This document shows, in pieces, positions 55,766 through 60,246 of a stretch of DNA of 60,246 nt (positions within the stretch are counted from its first letter, which is position 1; every line of letters begins with the position of its first letter). A program made the translations under genes and the position numbers. The DNA is taken from NCBI GenBank assembly GCA_964448115.1, contig CAYUVA010000026.1, positions 1 through 60,246 of the forward strand, in the 5' to 3' direction. The notes beneath the pieces were generated by a model. It had not been told where the DNA came from, did not search any database, and saw only the letters and a program-made list of their open reading frames with translations. Source of the stretch: an uncultured bacterium. Lineage in GTDB: Bacteria; CAYUVA01.

Positions 55766-58462
55766 TTAATCAAGATAAACCTTTAGGTAAGGCCAGCGGA
55801 GCAGGCTCTGGGCATATACCTCAAAGGTGAACCGTCCTGCAGGGATGCCCGCCCCCATAGCTATCGGCTCCAGTGTATAAACACCATAACTACCATACTG
55901 CAAAGGTATCCCTTCCGATGCGCCAGCAAGTTTAAGGTGTACCTCAACTTCGGCCATTCGGTTCGTTATGGCTAAGAAATTCACCACTCCCCCAGCCTGG
56001 CTGGAAAGGGTCGAACCCATCCACCCCGCCATGCTCACCGCAACTGTCGGCGTCGGCGTCGGGGAGGGAAGCGGGGTCGGCGTTGCATAATCGCTGGTAT
56101 ATTCGATATCTATCCGGCGAGTAATCCCCCCAGGCACCGATAACAGCGGGAGTGTGAGCTGTGTTCGCCCCCAGAGACGCTCCAACTTGCAGTCATCTAT
56201 CGGCAAAGGCTCGCCATCGACCGCCACCCTATCAGGCTGCGCGTAACCGAGCGCTGCCTTGTAGCAGAGGTTGAAATCCTCACTACCCTTGTTGGAGATG
56301 CTAGCCCGATAAACTCCTCCGTCATCGGCGACCATGAGATCGTAGCGGGTATCAGAGATACGATTATCGGTCACGGTGAAGCTCCCCCAGCCATTGGGCA
56401 GATGGGGGAATAGATCCACCCTCATTTTCTCAATATCGGTGTGCAAGCCGGTAAGGTACTCCATCATCCCCTCCAGCACGGCTGATCCCTCCCAGGGGCG
56501 AAATCGGGCTGTGATGTCGCCATCGACCGCATCCCCTACTGGAGAGTAGGTTAGCATGGCTACCGAGTGATCGTAGTGATTCTGTCCCTCAGCGACCTCG
56601 CCGCTGTCCTGGGCGATAAGGTCTATTGCGTTGAAGGCAGCCTCTGCCTTTGGGTGATCGGTAACTGCCAGGCTGTACACCAGCTGCCCCGGCATCATTC
56701 CATCGTAAGGCTCCAGGTTTAGCGTTATAGCCCTGGGCGGCGATTGTATGGTGCCATCTGGACGCCACAGGTAATCGATGGTTCGCTGGAGGTTGGAGAG
56801 CATCCTTGGATGATGGTAAGGTAGATAGCCGATGTAAAGGGGAAGCGTATTGATATCCTCGAAGGGGAAGAGCAGCGGTTCGCTATTGGAAAAGAGCACC
56901 CCCGGCGAATAGAAGCCCTTGTCGGCCAGCCAGTACCATCGTTCACACGCCTCGAAGGCTGCCTGCTCGTACTCACGGAACAATGCAAGGTCATCGGGCT
57001 TGTCCAGCAGCATCGCAAAGTGCTCCATTGCCCGGCAGGCTACCACATACAGGAACGATGAATAGGCTGACCAGATGAAGTTCTCCGGCTCGTAGTACAA
57101 GGTCGCTATAAAGAAGACCCAGCGCCATGCCTCATCCTTGGAGAGCTTGAACAGCCAGTCCTCGTTATGTTCCTGGTCCACCAGCCACTGGCGAAGGAAC
57201 TCGTACCTGCGCTCGATGAAGGGGAGATCCCCAGTGGTTCGATAGTAATCGTAGTACTTTAGGATGACATAGTTGGGTGCCTCGGTCTTGTTGCGACTGG
57301 GAGGCTCCATTATCTCTATCTGACTCCAGTCAGGCTCTGGAGGTAGATTATCTATATCGACATCGAGTCCGATCGAATTGCTCATCGAGCTGTGCTTCCA
57401 GCAAGCCTTGAAGTGATAGTCAAGCGAATTGCGGATGTCCTCGTAAAGCCCCAGTCGAGCGTAGAGCCTCACCGTTGCGTGATCATCCCTGATGTTATAG
57501 ATCGTATAGCGCGACATGGGACCGATTCCGCCTCGATAGGCGGTCTGTAGCTTATTTATTATAAGTGTTACATCGAGCAGTTGGTTTACCTTTGGATCTG
57601 GTGAATGGAGCCTGGCTAGCTGTGAGCGCCAAGACCTGAAATAATCCCGCACCTGTTCGAGAAGCTCCAACTTGTCCGCTGCAAGCAACCCCGCCTCCAC
57701 GACCTTATGATCGATTCCAGAATCAGCGGTAACGATGTACTGGTAGAATAGCCGCTCCTGCCCCGGCATAAGGTCTCCTATCCAGATCGATAGCTGGTTT
57801 CCGGATGCCTGATAGACACCCTCAGCGGAGAGATATGCATATTCATCCGAGTTGCCGCGTCGCTCCACGATATACCTTCCCTCTTTGCTCCAGGCTTCCC
57901 CGGCGTTGTAGGAGAAAAGCTCAAGGTTTGCGGCTATGTCGCTCGATTCGTTGCTTACGATGGTGATGCGGACCATAGCTGTCATGCCCAGCGGAGCGTA
58001 ATCGACCGTGTAGAGCGCGATGTTCTCCGCGGTCAAACCTTTTGTGATTACGATGCCGGTGTCCTTTACCCACCAAGCCCACTCTTGGCGAAATACGCTT
58101 TCCTTTCCATTGACCTTGACTTTGCTGGCAATGTCGCTGAAGAAGGGGCCTTTACCCTCGTAGTCGGGACCGCAAAGCTCGTGCAGCGAGTTTAGTGGAT
58201 ATCCGATCCCGACCATTGCGAAGGTGTATCCATTTCCTATGCCGAAGGAGGCTCTCTCTGCGGTGCGGAAGATGACCGGGTCTGGATTTTGCACATACTC
58301 TGCCCAGGCGCTGCGCTCCAGTAGCCAGGGATGCTGCTCGAAGAACTGAGCCATCGGCGTTTGCGGTGTATCAACCTCCCATAGATGAAGCGCCTCGATC
58401 AAACCGACATTAAGGAATAGACACACTGATAGTGCCAGCAATAACCATGCTTTTGTCTGCAT
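55766..58462 (-). CDS. Secreted six-hairpin (alpha/alpha)6 glycosidase-like protein with Pro/Thr linker and one AGW..WPY C-terminal module
   Basis: Signal peptide; YNIRDD, YYDYYRTTGD..F, SGEVAE, RPWEG and PHLPNGW resemble GH15/63/65/78-type barrels; ATPTPLPSPTPTPT linker. Confidence 0.65.
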   Translation of the reverse strand: MQTKAWLLLALSVCLFLNVGLIEALHLWEVDTPQTPMAQFFEQHPWLLERSAWAEYVQNPDPVIFRTAERASFGIGNGYTFAMVGIGYPLNSLHELCGPDYEGKGPFFSDIASKVKVNGKESVFRQEWAWWVKDTGIVITKGLTAENIALYTVDYAPLGMTAMVRITIVSNESSDIAANLELFSYNAGEAWSKEGRYIVERRGNSDEYAYLSAEGVYQASGNQLSIWIGDLMPGQERLFYQYIVTADSGIDHKVVEAGLLAADKLELLEQVRDYFRSWRSQLARLHSPDPKVNQLLDVTLIINKLQTAYRGGIGPMSRYTIYNIRDDHATVRLYARLGLYEDIRNSLDYHFKACWKHSSMSNSIGLDVDIDNLPPEPDWSQIEIMEPPSRNKTEAPNYVILKYYDYYRTTGDLPFIERRYEFLRQWLVDQEHNEDWLFKLSKDEAWRWVFFIATLYYEPENFIWSAYSSFLYVVACRAMEHFAMLLDKPDDLALFREYEQAAFEACERWYWLADKGFYSPGVLFSNSEPLLFPFEDINTLPLYIGYLPYHHPRMLSNLQRTIDYLWRPDGTIQSPPRAITLNLEPYDGMMPGQLVYSLAVTDHPKAEAAFNAIDLIAQDSGEVAEGQNHYDHSVAMLTYSPVGDAVDGDITARFRPWEGSAVLEGMMEYLTGLHTDIEKMRVDLFPHLPNGWGSFTVTDNRISDTRYDLMVADDGGVYRASISNKGSEDFNLCYKAALGYAQPDRVAVDGEPLPIDDCKLERLWGRTQLTLPLLSVPGGITRRIDIEYTSDYATPTPLPSPTPTPTVAVSMAGWMGSTLSSQAGGVVNFLAITNRMAEVEVHLKLAGASEGIPLQYGSYGVYTLEPIAMGAGIPAGRFTFEVYAQSLLRWPYLKVYLD

Positions 58463-58480
58463 TGTTAGCCCTCGGTTATT

Positions 58481-59989
58481 CTATTTACCTTCGTGGAATA
58501 CTATTGCCTCGAAGACCTTGAAGGTCGCGCCTTCCTTCCAGGCATCAGGGGGAAGCCCGGCTTTTCTGCACAGGCTGGAGACGGTTTGCTCTTTATTCCA
58601 TCCCTGCTCCGGCGCCACCTGGGGTAGATAGACCGCCTGGTTCATACCCTTTTGAAGGATTATGCCGTGCTTGCCGATTACAAACTCATCCAGCGAATCG
58701 ATCTTCTTCGGGATGGTGAGCACCGATATCTCGATCTCGATATCCTTCAGCTCCGATTCCTTGACGGTAGGGAATCGATAGTCCTTGGTCGAGGCGTTGA
58801 CCGCATTTTCCATTATCGCCTGGTAGAGTGGCTTGATCGGCTCTATATATCCGATGCAGCCCCTTAGTTGCCCTTTCTTGTTCAGGGTAACGAATACGCC
58901 GCGCTTTTCCTTGAGTATATCGTGCGTTACCTCGATGTCAGGGAGCTTTTGCTCTTTGATATAGGTCTTTAGTGTTTTTCTGGCAATGTCAAGCATCTCT
59001 TCTTGCACTTCTGGATCGTGCAGGGACTTCTCCTTTGACCGCGCAGATTGGGGCATAAAAAAAGCGACCGCTCCATAGCCGACCACCCGGTCATGCTCTC
59101 CATACACGCTATCCCCCGAGTTCTGATAAAATAGCCTGGTCGCCTTGCTCGCCCCCAGTTGCTTCATGGCGGTGATGGTCGCTACCACAGCGCCCTGCCC
59201 GCAGCAGATGGTCGAGACCCCACGCACCCTCCCCTCGTTTTTCCTGGCGAGTGATTCCAGTTTCTCGGTGTCCATCTCGACCATGGCATCGATGGTCTGA
59301 GCATCAACTTTTTTAGCTGTTTCATAGTCCGGATAGTGCGACAGGTCCGTGCTGCAAACGATAAGGATCTTCTTATCATTCGCCCCTTTTTTGATCACCT
59401 CAGCCAGGTCCTTGCCCAGTTGCACCTGGTCTGCATAGCTTATTTGTCCAAGCAGCAAGGGCAAGATTTTGATTTCCTTCTGGATTATCTGCAAGAAAGG
59501 TACTTCAACCTCCAGTGAGTGCTCACCCTGATGATAGTCAGGTGTAGGCTTATACTTGGTGGATCGCTCCATCAGCGCTTTAGCCAGGTCTTTATCGATG
59601 TCGATGGTTCCCAGAGGTGTCCTCCACTTATCGCCCGTATATACCGATACGAAGCCGAATGGAATCTGGTGCGAGGCGCCGATAATTATGGCAGTATCGT
59701 ATTTCCTGCCTTCCAGTTGCTTGAATCCCCAGGCAGCGGTTCTTCCAGAGAAGACATACCCGGCATGGGGCACGATTATAGCTGCCATCGGCAGTTCGCC
59801 ATGTTTGACCTCAGCTTCGGCGAGATATCCATCGATCATTTTCTTTAGCTCATCAGCCTTGCCCGGATAGAATTGCCCGGCAACGGCTGGTTTTCTTATC
59901 TCTTCGGACATAATTTCCCCCTGCAATAAAACTAGCATCCCAATTATTGACAACAATAAAAGAAGTGAGTTTTGCTTGTCGTGAAACAT
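58481..59989 (-). CDS. amrB: AmmeMemoRadiSam protein B (MEMO1-like) fused to protein A (AMMECR1-like)
   Basis: RKPAVAGQFYP, VPHAGYVFSG, EHSLEV, STDLSHY, then GVFVTL...LRGCIG, EISVLT, YLPQVA. Confidence 0.9.
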   Translation of the reverse strand: MFHDKQNSLLLLLSIIGMLVLLQGEIMSEEIRKPAVAGQFYPGKADELKKMIDGYLAEAEVKHGELPMAAIIVPHAGYVFSGRTAAWGFKQLEGRKYDTAIIIGASHQIPFGFVSVYTGDKWRTPLGTIDIDKDLAKALMERSTKYKPTPDYHQGEHSLEVEVPFLQIIQKEIKILPLLLGQISYADQVQLGKDLAEVIKKGANDKKILIVCSTDLSHYPDYETAKKVDAQTIDAMVEMDTEKLESLARKNEGRVRGVSTICCGQGAVVATITAMKQLGASKATRLFYQNSGDSVYGEHDRVVGYGAVAFFMPQSARSKEKSLHDPEVQEEMLDIARKTLKTYIKEQKLPDIEVTHDILKEKRGVFVTLNKKGQLRGCIGYIEPIKPLYQAIMENAVNASTKDYRFPTVKESELKDIEIEISVLTIPKKIDSLDEFVIGKHGIILQKGMNQAVYLPQVAPEQGWNKEQTVSSLCRKAGLPPDAWKEGATFKVFEAIVFHEGK

Positions 59990-60246
59990 AAGATCACTCT
60001 CCCTTTCACTGGATCACTATTTTATTAAGTAATCGAGCGATTTTCAAGCAGGTGCTGATCTTGTTTTCAAGTTATAGAAAACGAAGTTTCTAAACAGCTC
60101 CTAATGCAATGTAGGATCGAATATCGAGATCCCGGAATGTAATATCCACCAATCCTGCATCCTGCCATATCATTGTACATCAAGATCTCGCTTGTGTTAA
60201 TATTATCCTAAAAGTGATGTCCATCAATCAACTCAAAGAAAGGCTC

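Noticed and set aside
1297-59989. Impression that ATCGAT/GATATC/TCGA words are frequent (HIP-like)
   Set aside because: Cannot be quantified by eye and is plausibly due to ATC-GAT/GAG codon usage; needs a Markov-corrected k-mer count.

Overview
Bacterial chromosomal segment, probably from a metagenome assembly (one 10-N scaffold gap at 3335-3344). It is mostly mid-GC, with a very AT-rich first 1.2 kb and an AT-rich spacer at about 55.3-55.75 kb. Housekeeping genes: cmk, rpsA, clpX, uvrC, rph, smc and infC (AUA start). Envelope and glycosylation genes: a GldA/F/G-like ABC system with a DUF4340 protein, a YfhO-like GT-C, a DUF2723/TMEM260-like GT-C, a WcaJ-like phosphoglycosyl transferase, a pyruvyl transferase, an amidase and a GerMN protein. 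Also present are pilC, a split B12 acyl-CoA mutase with isobutyryl-CoA-mutase residues, split LKR/SDH saccharopine genes and several secreted hydrolases. The main unexplained signal is a ~100-aa C-terminal module, P-x-I-x-x-[AG]-G-[YW]...G-G...W-P-[YW]-L-x-V. It occurs six times in four unrelated, dispersed, signal-peptide-bearing proteins, usually behind a Pro/Thr linker, and is a candidate new protein sorting, anchoring or docking domain. Other notable items: a sulfatase-like gene broken by a single in-frame TAG, a parS-like palindrome, a promoter-driven ~100-nt hairpin upstream of an orphan pilC, and a cluster of REP-like and heptamer repeats around lemA. No rRNA, tRNA, CRISPR array or transposase was recognised. 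All family calls come from motifs read by eye; no database search was run.
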